Source of the DNA: Gammaproteobacteria bacterium
GTDB lineage: Bacteria; Pseudomonadota; Gammaproteobacteria; Eutrophobiales; Eutrophobiaceae
Direction: 5' to 3'
NCBI GenBank assembly: GCA_965238225.1
Contig: OZ250183.1
Coordinates: 128,001-192,000, forward strand
Length of the DNA stretch: 64,000 bases
Within the stretch, counting starts at the first letter, position 1, and the number at the start of each line of letters is the position of its first letter. The translations under genes and the position numbers were made by a program. A model generated the notes under the pieces. The model searched no databases, had not been told where the DNA came from, and was given only the letters and a program-made list of their open reading frames with translations. Below are positions 1-9,847 of this stretch, one piece after another.

Positions 1-196
1 TTAGTGCCAAAACTCTGGGGTCAATAGCTTCATTGATATTTTTCTGGCTGCTGACATCTATGTCTTTAGTAGCAGAGGAAGCTTCAACCAAGGCGCAACT
101 TACCCCGCTGTCCTTAAGGATAGCTGCAAAACTTGCGCCTACGACACCTGCGCCTACAATTATAATATCTACTTGAATGCACCCTGCAGAATTCAA
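1..196 (-). CDS. ubiI: FAD-dependent ubiquinone-biosynthesis hydroxylase (UbiI/VisC-like), N-terminal part, truncated by window edge
   Basis: Manual translation from TTG at 196: LNSAGCIQVDIIIVGAGVVGASFAAIL...DPRVLAL. Has a GxGxxG FAD motif and the DPRVxA motif; lies directly downstream of ubiH. Confidence 0.7.
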   Translation of the reverse strand, partial: MNSAGCIQVDIIIVGAGVVGASFAAILKDSGVSCALVEASSATKDIDVSSQKNINEAIDPRVLAL

Positions 197-210
197 TGTA
201 CTCTAGCCCC

Positions 211-1449
211 CTACACAGAAGATTTAGAATCTGTGGGCGATATGGAAATCAAACTTGGCTGACGACCCCAAAAGCCCATAGCATTTTGTGCGAACCGATG
301 CTTCATTGGCGGAACTAAATCAATCCCCAACAAAACAAGATTTCGTGCAATAACTTTGAGTGCTTGCCTGTTATAAAAAACCTTCGCCAGCCTATCTGTA
401 AAGTTCAGCACCCATTTTTGATCATCCTCTCTGGATTCAAGATAAGACTCTAGTAATGACAATGTCCCAATATCATGATGATTTTCATGCGCTTCTATTA
501 ATACTTCAGCAAGTGCTACTGCATCACGAAGCCCAAGATTAAAACCTTGTGCAGCATTCGGATGGACTACATGTGCAGCATTTCCTAATATCACTGCACG
601 ATGTTTTACTTGTTCTGCAACTTGTAACATTTTTAATGGGTAGCTTTTACGCTTGCCTAACTTAGAAAAGTTACCTAATCGCCGTCCAAAACGTCTAAGC
701 AAAGCACTCAGAAACCCTTGCTCATCCATCTGCATATATTGTTTCGCTTCATTTGCCATAACGGTAAAAACCAAAGCACAACATTGCTTTGAATACGGTA
801 ACAGTGCTAAGGGACCTGTTTCGGTAAACCGTTCATAGGCAGTATTCAAATGCGGTCTTTGTGGCGTAACATTGCTGACAATGGCAACCTGTTGGTAATC
901 CTTAATACTGGTTTTTATGTCCAGCATATCCCTTATTTTGGATTCTGCGCCATCGGCAGCTACCAATAGTTTGCAGCTAATGACCTTATCAAGGCCATCA
1001 ATATTGACTGTGACTCTGGCTGATGCAATAGAGGTTTCAACAGCTATAACCGAGGCGGGACATAAAAAATTGATATTGTGGGCTGCTTCGATAGTCTGTA
1101 TCAACACCTTGCCTAATTCTCCAGCCAATACAATATGGCCCAACGCCGACACATTCATTGATTCAGCATCCATCCTGACAAAGCCAAAATGATGTTGATC
1201 AGACACATGAATATGTTTGATGGGGTTTGAGTAAGGTGAAATATCTTGCCAAAGCCCAAGATTATCGAGAATATTCTTTGATGACAGGGAGATAGACAAG
1301 CCTCTGCCATCATAGCTTTTCTGGACATCAGCCTTTGGTGAAACTGCCTCAATAACAGCTACCTTGAGCGTACTCCCCCTTAGAGCAGAGGCCAACACTG
1401 CGCCAATAGCACCGCTACCGACGATAACTATATCATAATCATGAAGCAT
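211..1449 (-). CDS. ubiH: 2-octaprenyl-6-methoxyphenol hydroxylase UbiH
   Basis: 412 aa; GSGAIG, AADG, AYERFT.GPLALLP, GNAAHxxHPxxxQGFNLGLRD; pepP-ubiH-ubiI synteny. Confidence 0.9.
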   Translation of the reverse strand: MLHDYDIVIVGSGAIGAVLASALRGSTLKVAVIEAVSPKADVQKSYDGRGLSISLSSKNILDNLGLWQDISPYSNPIKHIHVSDQHHFGFVRMDAESMNVSALGHIVLAGELGKVLIQTIEAAHNINFLCPASVIAVETSIASARVTVNIDGLDKVISCKLLVAADGAESKIRDMLDIKTSIKDYQQVAIVSNVTPQRPHLNTAYERFTETGPLALLPYSKQCCALVFTVMANEAKQYMQMDEQGFLSALLRRFGRRLGNFSKLGKRKSYPLKMLQVAEQVKHRAVILGNAAHVVHPNAAQGFNLGLRDAVALAEVLIEAHENHHDIGTLSLLESYLESREDDQKWVLNFTDRLAKVFYNRQALKVIARNLVLLGIDLVPPMKHRFAQNAMGFWGRQPSLISISPTDSKSSV

Positions 1450-1464
1450 AATATTAAGACATAC

Positions 1465-2778
1465 CTAAACCGTTTCAGTCATCAAAGTTTCTATTTCATC
1501 GACTGTTTTTGGCGCGCCCTTACTAAGCACATCATGGCCGTCTTTGGTAACCAACACATCGTCCTCTATCCTGATACCAATATTCCACCATTTTTTAGCA
1601 AGGCCTTTAATCCCTGCTGGAAAATACAGGCCTGGTTCAACTGTCAATACCATATCGGGCTCCAACATTCGCCAATCACCATCAACTTTATAATCACCAA
1701 CATCATGCACATCCATCCCCAGCCAGTGACCTGTACGATGCATATAATACTTATTGTAGGCATGTGCTTTAAGCAGAGTGCTCAGCTTGCCTTTTAGAAT
1801 CCCTAACTCTAATAATCCTGCAGTAATGGCTTTTACTGCAGCTTTGTGCGGATCATTCCAGTGATTACCTGGCTTAATCTCTGCTATCGCTGCTAACTGC
1901 GCACGCAAGACAACTTCGTATATTTTTCTTTGTGTCTCGGTGAATTTTCCATTAACAGGAAATGTGCGCGTAATATCACTGGCGTAACCTTCATATTCTG
2001 CACCGGCATCAATCAGCAAAACATCACCGTCTTTAAGTTCTTCGTTATTGTCTGTGTAATGCAGAATACAGCTGTTTGCACCACCGCCTACGATCGAAGG
2101 ATAAGCAGAAATTCTAGAGCCTTGCTGCATAAACTGATGTACTAATCCGGCCTCGATCTGATATTCCATTAAGCCCGGTTTACAGACTCGCATAGCGTTT
2201 TTATGAGCCACTGCCGAGATCTTCGCCGCCTTGCGCATAGCAGTAATCTCCTGACGGCTCTTATAAAGTCGCATATCGTGCAAGATATGTGTCAGCGAGA
2301 TAAATTCGTCTGGCGCATTGATACCCGTGCGTACCTTATCTCGAACTTCATTCACCCAGCCCAAGACACGCTGATCAAAAACCGCATTATTGCCCATGGT
2401 ATAAAAAATACGTTCTTTATCTTCAAGCAGGTTAGGAAGAATCTCGTCCATATCTTCAATAGGAAAAGTATTTTCTGCGCCATACATTTCAGTAGCCCCT
2501 TCTAAACCAGCACGTTTACCATCCCAGATTTCTTTGTGTGGATCACGCTCCCTGCAAAATAAAACATACTCGCCATAAGGTCGGTCAGGAATAATGACCG
2601 CGACCGCCTCAGGCTCTGGATAACCGGTTATATAATAAAAATCACTATCCGGACGAAAGGGAAATTCAATATCATTATTTCTAAAATATACCGAGGCGGT
2701 AGGCAAAACGGCGATGCTTTCATTGCCCATCATATCCATTAAGCGTTTGCGTCGCCGCGTAAATTCCTTAGTGTTCAT
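1465..2778 (-). CDS. pepP: Xaa-Pro aminopeptidase
   Basis: 437 aa; FRPDSDFYY, DAGAE..GYASDITRT, HWLGMDVHD, TVEPG, GIRIEDD. Confidence 0.95.
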   Translation of the reverse strand: MNTKEFTRRRKRLMDMMGNESIAVLPTASVYFRNNDIEFPFRPDSDFYYITGYPEPEAVAVIIPDRPYGEYVLFCRERDPHKEIWDGKRAGLEGATEMYGAENTFPIEDMDEILPNLLEDKERIFYTMGNNAVFDQRVLGWVNEVRDKVRTGINAPDEFISLTHILHDMRLYKSRQEITAMRKAAKISAVAHKNAMRVCKPGLMEYQIEAGLVHQFMQQGSRISAYPSIVGGGANSCILHYTDNNEELKDGDVLLIDAGAEYEGYASDITRTFPVNGKFTETQRKIYEVVLRAQLAAIAEIKPGNHWNDPHKAAVKAITAGLLELGILKGKLSTLLKAHAYNKYYMHRTGHWLGMDVHDVGDYKVDGDWRMLEPDMVLTVEPGLYFPAGIKGLAKKWWNIGIRIEDDVLVTKDGHDVLSKGAPKTVDEIETLMTETV

Positions 2779-2814
2779 TTGATTAAATCACCCAAGGTCG
2801 CATAGTTTTCAAGA

Positions 2815-3057
2815 CTATCGGCATTTCTCTTGTAAATCTGTAAAGATATAAATCATCCCCATGCGCACAAAAACCATGTCTTCTAAATATCTGAAATCCC
2901 GCGCTAGAGGTTGCCAATACTTCATTTAACTGCCCATAATTTTGCATGTTATTTATGTTCTCGCAATATCTGCCTGTTAAGTCATGCGCCTCTTTAGCTA
3001 TAGGTGTGAGCCATAAGCCATTGGCACATCCCTTACTTTTTCTTTAAAATTAATCAT
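2815..3057 (-). pseudogene. Probable eroded UPF0149 (YgfB) remnant
   Basis: Sits at the ygfB position upstream of pepP. Broken frames give AKEAHDLTG, YGQLNEVLATSSAGFQIF and LEDMVFVRMGMIYIFTDLQ, resembling YgfB segments (EAHG, GFQL, EYVR..LF). Far shorter than an intact gene. Confidence 0.5.
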
Positions 3058-3116
3058 ACCCAGATTATTTGAAAATGCGAAAACGTGGGCTGAGAATCAG
3101 TTTTGTTCTGCATGCC

Positions 3117-3145
3117 TTGACCCCTTCCACATGTCGCTCTATATT
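3117..3145 (+). promoter_or_regulatory. Sigma70-type promoter upstream of TIGR02449-zapA
   Basis: TTGACC-17 nt-TATATT. Confidence 0.55.
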
Positions 3146-3211
3146 GCACAAATGATAACAAATAAACAGATTTTTTGGTCATAGCTAAATACAACTTTTT
3201 AGGATAATTTC

Positions 3212-3436
3212 ATGACAGATCAAAACAATGAAACAGTCGATCTTAAGGCGCTGGAAACACGTGTTGATGAGCTAATCAATACAGTCAATAAACTAACATC
3301 AGAAAACACTGCGCTTCGAAACCAGCAAGGTGATCTAGTGAACGAACGTGCTGAGTTGATAGAAAAAACCGAGCAGGCTAGAGCTCGTATTGAATCTATG
3401 ATCTCCAGATTACGTGCGATGGAAACGAGTCCGTGA
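3212..3436 (+). CDS. TIGR02449-family (ZapB-like) coiled-coil protein
   Basis: 74 aa; LETRVDELI...EN.ALR...L..ERA.LIEK.EQARARIESMISRL; overlaps zapA start. Confidence 0.85.
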   Translation: MTDQNNETVDLKALETRVDELINTVNKLTSENTALRNQQGDLVNERAELIEKTEQARARIESMISRLRAMETSP

Positions 3437-3744
3437 GCGAAACAAAACCAACCAGCGTCACCATTCTTGATAAAGAATACTTGATTGCATGTAGCGATGA
3501 GGAACGCGATCTTCTCAACGATGCTGCAAACTTGCTAAATGAAAAAATGCAAGAGGTAAAAAACTCAGGGAAAATCATTGGCGGCGAGCGGATTGCGGTA
3601 CTGGCAGCATTAAATATCTCCCATGAAATGCTTGCACACAAAAAAGAAAATGAGGATTATACTTCAAACGTGGACGGGTTGATCCAGCGTTTACAAGAAA
3701 AAATAGATGCCACCCTGATGAAAGATAGGCAGGCAAGTATTTAA
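3433..3744 (+). CDS. zapA: Cell division protein ZapA
   Basis: 103 aa; V.ILDKEY.IAC, ERIAVLAALNI; followed by 6S RNA. Confidence 0.92.
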   Translation: MSETKPTSVTILDKEYLIACSDEERDLLNDAANLLNEKMQEVKNSGKIIGGERIAVLAALNISHEMLAHKKENEDYTSNVDGLIQRLQEKIDATLMKDRQASI

Positions 3745-3797
3745 CAATAAAATCAACAGTATAACGATGCCAAATTTTAGTAGCAATAATCAGTTTA

Positions 3798-3985
3798 GGG
3801 TATCTTCTGCAGTGTTTGATAGCAGGCCGGTGGTAGCTTGAACCTATAATACACCACCTAGGGAAATTGATTTGTGGCCTAGTGTGCACGCCCATTTATG
3901 GGAAGCCTGACATGCCACAACTACTTCCCGCTTTGAACCCATGGTTCAAGTTCTAAGGCTTGTAACGGCACTGTGGTTGATACCC
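3798..3985 (+). ncRNA. ssrS: 6S RNA
   Basis: Immediately after zapA. Complementary ends (GGGTATC..CAGTGT / GCACTG..GATACCC), about 188 nt, with 6S-like internal motifs (CTTGAACC, GGAAGCC, TTGAACCC..GGTTCAAG). Confidence 0.85.
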
Positions 3986-4185
3986 ACCTATATTTTTTAT
4001 TATATTCTTAATGATATTTATAAATCAGCCTCTCTATTTATGAACAAGACTGTGGTTTTTATAAGGGTTTATTGTCGAACTTTACCTGTAGCGACATTCA
4101 CATAAACTTTAGTTATTACTGCGCTTTCCGCCGCAGTATGTGAAATAAATGGTCTTGCTCCGTTGATTAAATGATTTAAACCATG

Positions 4186-6225
4186 TCACTTATGGCAATC
4201 TGCCAAATGTTTTGTTAGATGCTCTATATTTATCTTGGATTTTATGCTTGATACTTCATTAGCTGCCTTGTTTCTTAATGCAAAACTTCTTTCTATACTT
4301 AAAATTATATTATCCACATCTTTTTGTAACGGTAAATATATCAATATATTAGCAAAATCTTTGTCAGATAATGCTGGAATAGCCGCTCCAGTTCTATACA
4401 TAAATACTTGCTTCAAAAACAAATCGCTTTGGAAATAATATAATAAGTAATAAGGGTTAATTTTGAAATTTCTTAAAACTCTAAAACCATTTGTACAGAT
4501 AGCTTTATCAAACTCTTGTGTGACATAGGCAGTGGCATGTTTATGAGATCCGATAGAATTTCCTGCAACAGCAGTGATAATATCGCCAGTTTTTATTTCA
4601 TAACTCGCTCTGCTCGGCAATTCTGTTGCCAAAAGAGTCGCACTATTAATTATCTCAAATGATTTTGTGTAAATGTCTGATAATTCAACATACTCTACAT
4701 AAGTAGTTTTTTTTAATAGCGGAGATTTCTTTTTTATTATGTCTGAAATTTCACTAATCTTAACAGCATTTAGTTTTTTTAAATTTTTGATTAAAACCCT
4801 GTTTTTAGGTAAGTAATAATTGTAATCGAAACGACAGTTTAGCTTACTAGAATCAATAGAAAATGATTTGTCAGATTCTATTGAAAATGTTTGTAAAAAA
4901 TTATTGTAGTCGGTAACTGATTCAGTAAAATCTTCATCCACCAATTTTAATCCATTATTTATAATAAATTCTCCTGTCTTATTTTTTTTATAAACAGGTG
5001 TACCATTCTTGTTCCCGATATAACCTAATTTATTTATTTTAGTAAAGAATACTTGACTATTATTTACGGCATTTCCATTTTTCTTTTGTAAAAACAATAA
5101 TGAAGCCTTAATACCAGTACCATATGGTATAAATGTTTCTTGGGGTAACAAAACAATACCAACCACAAATGCTTTATCTTTAATATACTCTCTTAAATAA
5201 TCCATTGAAGCATTTTCAAAATGACCATTCGGCAAGACAATACCGAGTCTGCCTCCAGGTTTTAAAAGATTTAAGCACTGTTCTATAAATAAAACATCTG
5301 GCACCTGTCCTTTTAAAACTTTAAATGATTTCAAATAATCATATTCATGTTTATCCCATTTATAACCCAAATCATAATTTGATAAAATCCCCCTTTCAGT
5401 AATCTTGCCCTGAGTTCCAAATGGTGGATTTGTTAACACAATGTCATAAAAATTCTTTATACCTTTTTCCTTATAGTTATGTTTCAAAAAATTTATATTA
5501 CTCAATGTTTTTAACGAATTCTCACATATTATGTTGGGTTCAGAATTAGTATCTATTAAAAATTTTATCTTGGCTATTTGTGAAATTTTTTTATTTATTT
5601 CTATTCCAAATATATTATTCTTTACATAACCACTTATATCTTCTTCCTTATATTTTCTTTTTATATAATTTAATGATGAAAATAAAAACCCTCCTGTACC
5701 ACAAGCAGGATCAATGATTTTCTCACTCGGTTTAGGCTGGATTATCTCTACACAAAAATCAATTACAGGGTCTGGAGTAAAAAATTGTCCTCGTCCGCCC
5801 TTTGCATGTCGCCCTAAAAATTTCTGAAAAGCAAGACCGCTTGCATCTTTGGTTGATTCTGTAAAACTAATTTTTTGTAATTTACTAACAACGAAATAAA
5901 GAGATTGCTTACTTAATTTTAAGCTATCTTTTCTGTCAAAATAAGTTTTATATTTCTCTTTGGTACTCTCAAATAAATTGTTTATTCTTTCTGAAAAATC
6001 TGAGCTATTGCTTGATTCATTATCTTTAATGTAGAATGCGCACTTTGCATTTTTCTCATCATAATATTTTGTAAATAATATCTTGACTACTTCTTCTAAT
6101 ACTTGCTGTTCTGAAAGCCCATCATTTGCATATAAATAATTATGTATGTCTTCAAATCGTTTCAGAGGGCTACCTAAAGTGTCTCCAAATAATGCTGACT
6201 GTTCCATATTATTCTTTATCTTCAT
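4186..6225 (-). CDS. N6-adenine DNA methyltransferase (HsdM-like) fused to a C-terminal HsdS-like target-recognition region
   Basis: 679 aa; GQFFTP, DPACGTGGFL (SAM binding), NPPF (catalytic), LKPGGRLGIVLP. C-terminal GDII...CTNGFRVL..YLLYYFQS...TGAAIPAL is specificity-domain-like. AT-rich. Confidence 0.88.
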   Translation of the reverse strand: MKIKNNMEQSALFGDTLGSPLKRFEDIHNYLYANDGLSEQQVLEEVVKILFTKYYDEKNAKCAFYIKDNESSNSSDFSERINNLFESTKEKYKTYFDRKDSLKLSKQSLYFVVSKLQKISFTESTKDASGLAFQKFLGRHAKGGRGQFFTPDPVIDFCVEIIQPKPSEKIIDPACGTGGFLFSSLNYIKRKYKEEDISGYVKNNIFGIEINKKISQIAKIKFLIDTNSEPNIICENSLKTLSNINFLKHNYKEKGIKNFYDIVLTNPPFGTQGKITERGILSNYDLGYKWDKHEYDYLKSFKVLKGQVPDVLFIEQCLNLLKPGGRLGIVLPNGHFENASMDYLREYIKDKAFVVGIVLLPQETFIPYGTGIKASLLFLQKKNGNAVNNSQVFFTKINKLGYIGNKNGTPVYKKNKTGEFIINNGLKLVDEDFTESVTDYNNFLQTFSIESDKSFSIDSSKLNCRFDYNYYLPKNRVLIKNLKKLNAVKISEISDIIKKKSPLLKKTTYVEYVELSDIYTKSFEIINSATLLATELPSRASYEIKTGDIITAVAGNSIGSHKHATAYVTQEFDKAICTNGFRVLRNFKINPYYLLYYFQSDLFLKQVFMYRTGAAIPALSDKDFANILIYLPLQKDVDNIILSIERSFALRNKAANEVSSIKSKINIEHLTKHLADCHK

Positions 6226-7014
6226 ACACGATATTTTTATTATCTATTTGCATATCTTTCTCTTCAATAGAATCATCTGCGTCAAACATGCCTAATGCTT
6301 TAGAAAAATCATCTATCCATTCATCAGAAAAACAAAGTTCACTGTTATTAAAAACAAACCCCATAATATAATTTTGTTGTAGATGATTTACATCAGCACT
6401 AGACGATTCAAGGTTTTGAGGGTTGGCAAACAAATAATTTATGCTCTTTATATTTCAAAAAGATATCAATTGAAATAAGATTGAATTCATCTTTTCTTGG
6501 AGTAGCTTGTGACCGTCCACTTAAACCACCTGCCCCAGAAACAAAGTGAGTTTCAAGCACTTTAATTTTATTCGTTAAGTATTCTAATCTAGTATTAATC
6601 ATTACTGAAATTTCTTCTCTAGAAGAATTCCGTGATTTATCAATTAAAATTGATTTCTTTGTTTCTCTTTTAGGTGCTGTATATTTTATAATTTCTTCAT
6701 AGTCATAAAGTGTATCTTTATATTCATTTAAGAATTTAGGAAGGTTATCTTGAATCCATTCATCGATTTGTTGTTCCGCCTTTTGATTCCAAAACGAACC
6801 AATAACTGTTTTTACCTTTTATGTAAAAATCTCCATAATGATTAGGATGTTTCTTTCCTTCCTATTTTTCTCTGATGCGTTTAACAACAAATGCAGATGA
6901 TTCTAAATGCCTCTTTAGTAATAATTCTGTAATAGAGCCCCTAACATATCCTTGGGCATTCGGGCTTAATTTCAAAGCTTCAAGAAAAACTTCTAATCTC
7001 TTGATGATGTTCAT
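6209..7014 (-). pseudogene. Disrupted putative PD-(D/E)xK restriction endonuclease, partner of the methyltransferase
   Basis: GGAG RBS + ATG at 7014: MNIIKRLEVFLEALKLSPNAQGYVRGSITELLL...RIREK*EGKKHPNHYGDFY...FVLESK. In-frame TAG at 6862-6864 and frameshifts near 6780 and 6430 link ORFs 6408-6602 and 6209-6433. Overlaps the MTase start. Confidence 0.7.
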
Positions 7015-7096
7015 ACATTCTCCATTTTTCCGCACCTAATACCAAACTCACCCGTCGTATTATAAGATTGCATCTTATTTTTTCTTAGAAAAAATA

Positions 7097-8614
7097 TCAG
7101 CTTAAAAACATTTGGTAAGCTGCATTACCATCCTCATTCCAATACTGCATCCCCAACCCATCTAGAAACCCCTGAAATTCAGGGCGTTCTTCAACAGAAA
7201 CTTGAACCCCCATCAGCACACGACCATAGGCAGAACCATGATTGCGATAATGAAACAGACTGATATTCCAACGCGCGCCCATTTGCCCAAGAAAATGTAA
7301 TAACGCACCCGTACGCTCAGGAAACTCAAAGCGATAAAGTAATTCATTTTCCACTTGAGCTGCGTGACCGCCTACCATATACCGCACATGCATCTTTGCG
7401 ACTTCATCGCTACTTAGATCAACGACTTCATAACCTTTATTTTTCAATTTATCTATTAATGTATTTTTCTCATCTACACCATGGCGTAATTGCAAACCCG
7501 CGAATACATAGGCAGTTTTTGAGTCGCCATAACGATAATTGAATTCAGTGATTTGTCTTGAACCCAGATCACGACAATACTCAAGGAAGCTGCCAGGTTT
7601 TTCTGGAATTATCGTTCCGATCAATGCCTCCCGATTTTCACCCAATGCAGAAAGCTCTGCGATATGACGAAGGCGATCAAAATTTATATTGGCGCCACTA
7701 AAAATAGCCACTAATTCTTTATCTTTGATACCTCTTCTGGCGACATACTGTTTGAGTCCGGCAAGTGCCAACGCACCTGCTGGCTCTGGAATTGAACGGG
7801 TATCTTCAAAGATATCTTTTACTGCTGCACAAATTTCATCAACATTTACCAGCAGGATTTCATCAACAACATCCCGAATAATACGGAAAGGCTCTGCGCC
7901 AGCTTGACGCACTGCTGCGCCATCAGCAAAAATACCAATGTGCGGAAGCTCAACACAGGCACCAGCAGCCAAAGCTGCGTGCATGCAAGGGGCTTCATCA
8001 GGCTCAACTCCGACAACAGTTATCCTTGGGGAGACTTCCTGAAGATGGGCAACAATGCCCGCAATCAGCCCGCCGCCGCCAACCGGAACAAAGATAATGT
8101 CTGGCTGGCTTGGATGTTGGTCTAGTATTTCAACGGCAATGGTGGCCTGTCCAGCGATGATCATAGGATGATCATAAGGCGGAATATAGACCTTACCTTC
8201 CCGTGTCGCAACGCCCCTTGCATAATCCTTAGCTTCGTCATAATTATTACCATGCAAAGTAACATCAGCGCCTAGGCGCTTTACTGAAGCGACCTTGATC
8301 TCTGGTGTTGTCTTGGGCATCACTATCATGGCCTCTATGCCTAATTTTACTCCAGCAAGGGCAACCCCTTGCGCGTGATTTCCAGCTGATGCGGCAATTA
8401 CACCCTTCTTGCGTTCAGCTTTTGATAAACTGGCCATGAGATTATAGGCACCACGTAATTTATAAGAGAAAACTGGCTGCTGATCTTCTCGCTTCAACCA
8501 GATATTATTGCCGTGCCGACTTGAAACTTGCGGGGCTAAATCCAAAGAAGTTTTCCGAGCAACCTCGTAAACTCGCTGGCAAGCGTCATCAATCATTTTT
8601 TTATAAGCTTCCAT
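7097..8614 (-). CDS. ilvA: Threonine ammonia-lyase, biosynthetic
   Basis: 505 aa; KREDQQPVFSYKLRGAYN, ASAGNHAQG, C-terminal regulatory domains (FEFPER.GAL, WNISLFHYRNHG). Confidence 0.96.
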   Translation of the reverse strand: MEAYKKMIDDACQRVYEVARKTSLDLAPQVSSRHGNNIWLKREDQQPVFSYKLRGAYNLMASLSKAERKKGVIAASAGNHAQGVALAGVKLGIEAMIVMPKTTPEIKVASVKRLGADVTLHGNNYDEAKDYARGVATREGKVYIPPYDHPMIIAGQATIAVEILDQHPSQPDIIFVPVGGGGLIAGIVAHLQEVSPRITVVGVEPDEAPCMHAALAAGACVELPHIGIFADGAAVRQAGAEPFRIIRDVVDEILLVNVDEICAAVKDIFEDTRSIPEPAGALALAGLKQYVARRGIKDKELVAIFSGANINFDRLRHIAELSALGENREALIGTIIPEKPGSFLEYCRDLGSRQITEFNYRYGDSKTAYVFAGLQLRHGVDEKNTLIDKLKNKGYEVVDLSSDEVAKMHVRYMVGGHAAQVENELLYRFEFPERTGALLHFLGQMGARWNISLFHYRNHGSAYGRVLMGVQVSVEERPEFQGFLDGLGMQYWNEDGNAAYQMFLS

Positions 8615-8707
8615 ATCTGTAAGATACCATTAAAATGGTGATTTATTGCTATGCCTTTTAGGGAAACATTCTAGATATGATTCAAAGATACGCTCGGCGA
8701 AACACAC

Positions 8708-9364
8708 ATGACACAAGATGAAAAAAAGAAGCAGGTCGCAGAAGCTGCGCTCTCCTATGTAGAAGATACCGAGATTGTTGGTGTGGGCACAGGCAGTACG
8801 GTTAATTTCTTCATTGAATATCTCGCTGATATTAAGCACAGATTAAATGGTGCAATAGCGAGCTCGGATGCCACAGAAGCCCTACTGAAACAGCATAATA
8901 TACCTATCTTAAGCCTTAATAGTGCAAATGACATCCCTGTCTACATTGACGGTGCGGATGAAGCGACCAAACATCTGCACTTAATTAAAGGCGGCGGAGG
9001 TGCGCTAACGAGAGAGAAAATTGTGGCTGCAGCCAGTAAAAAATTCGTCTGTATCATTGATGAAACTAAAATGGTTGATGTGTTGGGAACTTGCCCCTTA
9101 CCTGTTGAAGTCATCCCCATAGCGCAAAGCTATATCGCCAGAGAAATAAGCAAACTCGGTGGGCAAGTAGTGTTACGTGAAGGTTTTACCACAGATAACG
9201 GCAATATTATCCTTGATGTGCATAATCTTAGTATGCTTAAACCGATTGAGCTTGAACTTGAGCTAAACAAACTGGCAGGCGTTGTCACCAACGGCTTATT
9301 TGCAAAACGACCTGCGGATGTGCTGCTTATTGCAGACGACAATGGTATTACGACCTTAGATTAG
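8708..9364 (+). CDS. rpiA: Ribose-5-phosphate isomerase A
   Basis: [25 protein letters not shown]; divergent from ilvA. Confidence 0.97.
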   Translation: MTQDEKKKQVAEAALSYVEDTEIVGVGTGSTVNFFIEYLADIKHRLNGAIASSDATEALLKQHNIPILSLNSANDIPVYIDGADEATKHLHLIKGGGGALTREKIVAAASKKFVCIIDETKMVDVLGTCPLPVEVIPIAQSYIAREISKLGGQVVLREGFTTDNGNIILDVHNLSMLKPIELELELNKLAGVVTNGLFAKRPADVLLIADDNGITTLD

Positions 9365-9546
9365 CCTTCTATATCAGCGCCTGCGAATTACAATTTTATG
9401 TATATTGAACTCTTTAATTTCCTTATAATACAATCATTCCAAATAACCTATTTTTTGGGCGGTGTCACAGTGCGCTAGTTATAGTTCAGACAGTTTGGTA
9501 TAGTAAGCACGTGATTTTCAAAATCAAACAACATTAAGGGCAACAG

Positions 9547-9702
9547 ATGATTTTTTACGTCGTATACGCAGCAGCAGCAGCTGTCTTGGTTATGCATTTC
9601 ACAGGATGGTTCGAAAGACATGATATGGAATGGATCGTACTGATCAGCCCCCTTGCCGTTTTTTTAGTCATTATCTTGGATTATATGAAGGTACTGCCCT
9701 AG
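9547..9702 (+). CDS. Small hydrophobic (two-TM) hypothetical protein, 51 aa
   Basis: Manual translation MIFYVVYAAAAAVLVMHFTGWFERHDMEWIVLISPLAVFLVIILDYMKVLP; AAGGG RBS-like motif upstream; below the ORF-track length cutoff. Confidence 0.55.
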   Translation: MIFYVVYAAAAAVLVMHFTGWFERHDMEWIVLISPLAVFLVIILDYMKVLP

Positions 9703-9847
9703 ATTATATAGCTTCAAACCTTAAGCTGACCCAATAACTATATCGTCACTAATCCTGTGTAGATATGACTTATAAACTTTAATATTCCTGCCTCCTGACT
9801 GCTAACATGGAAGGTGAATTAAAGTGCTATAAATCTAGGAGAATGTA

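Noticed and set aside
3575-3895. 106-aa minus-strand ORF
   Set aside because: Overlaps zapA and the 6S RNA; no protein-like features.
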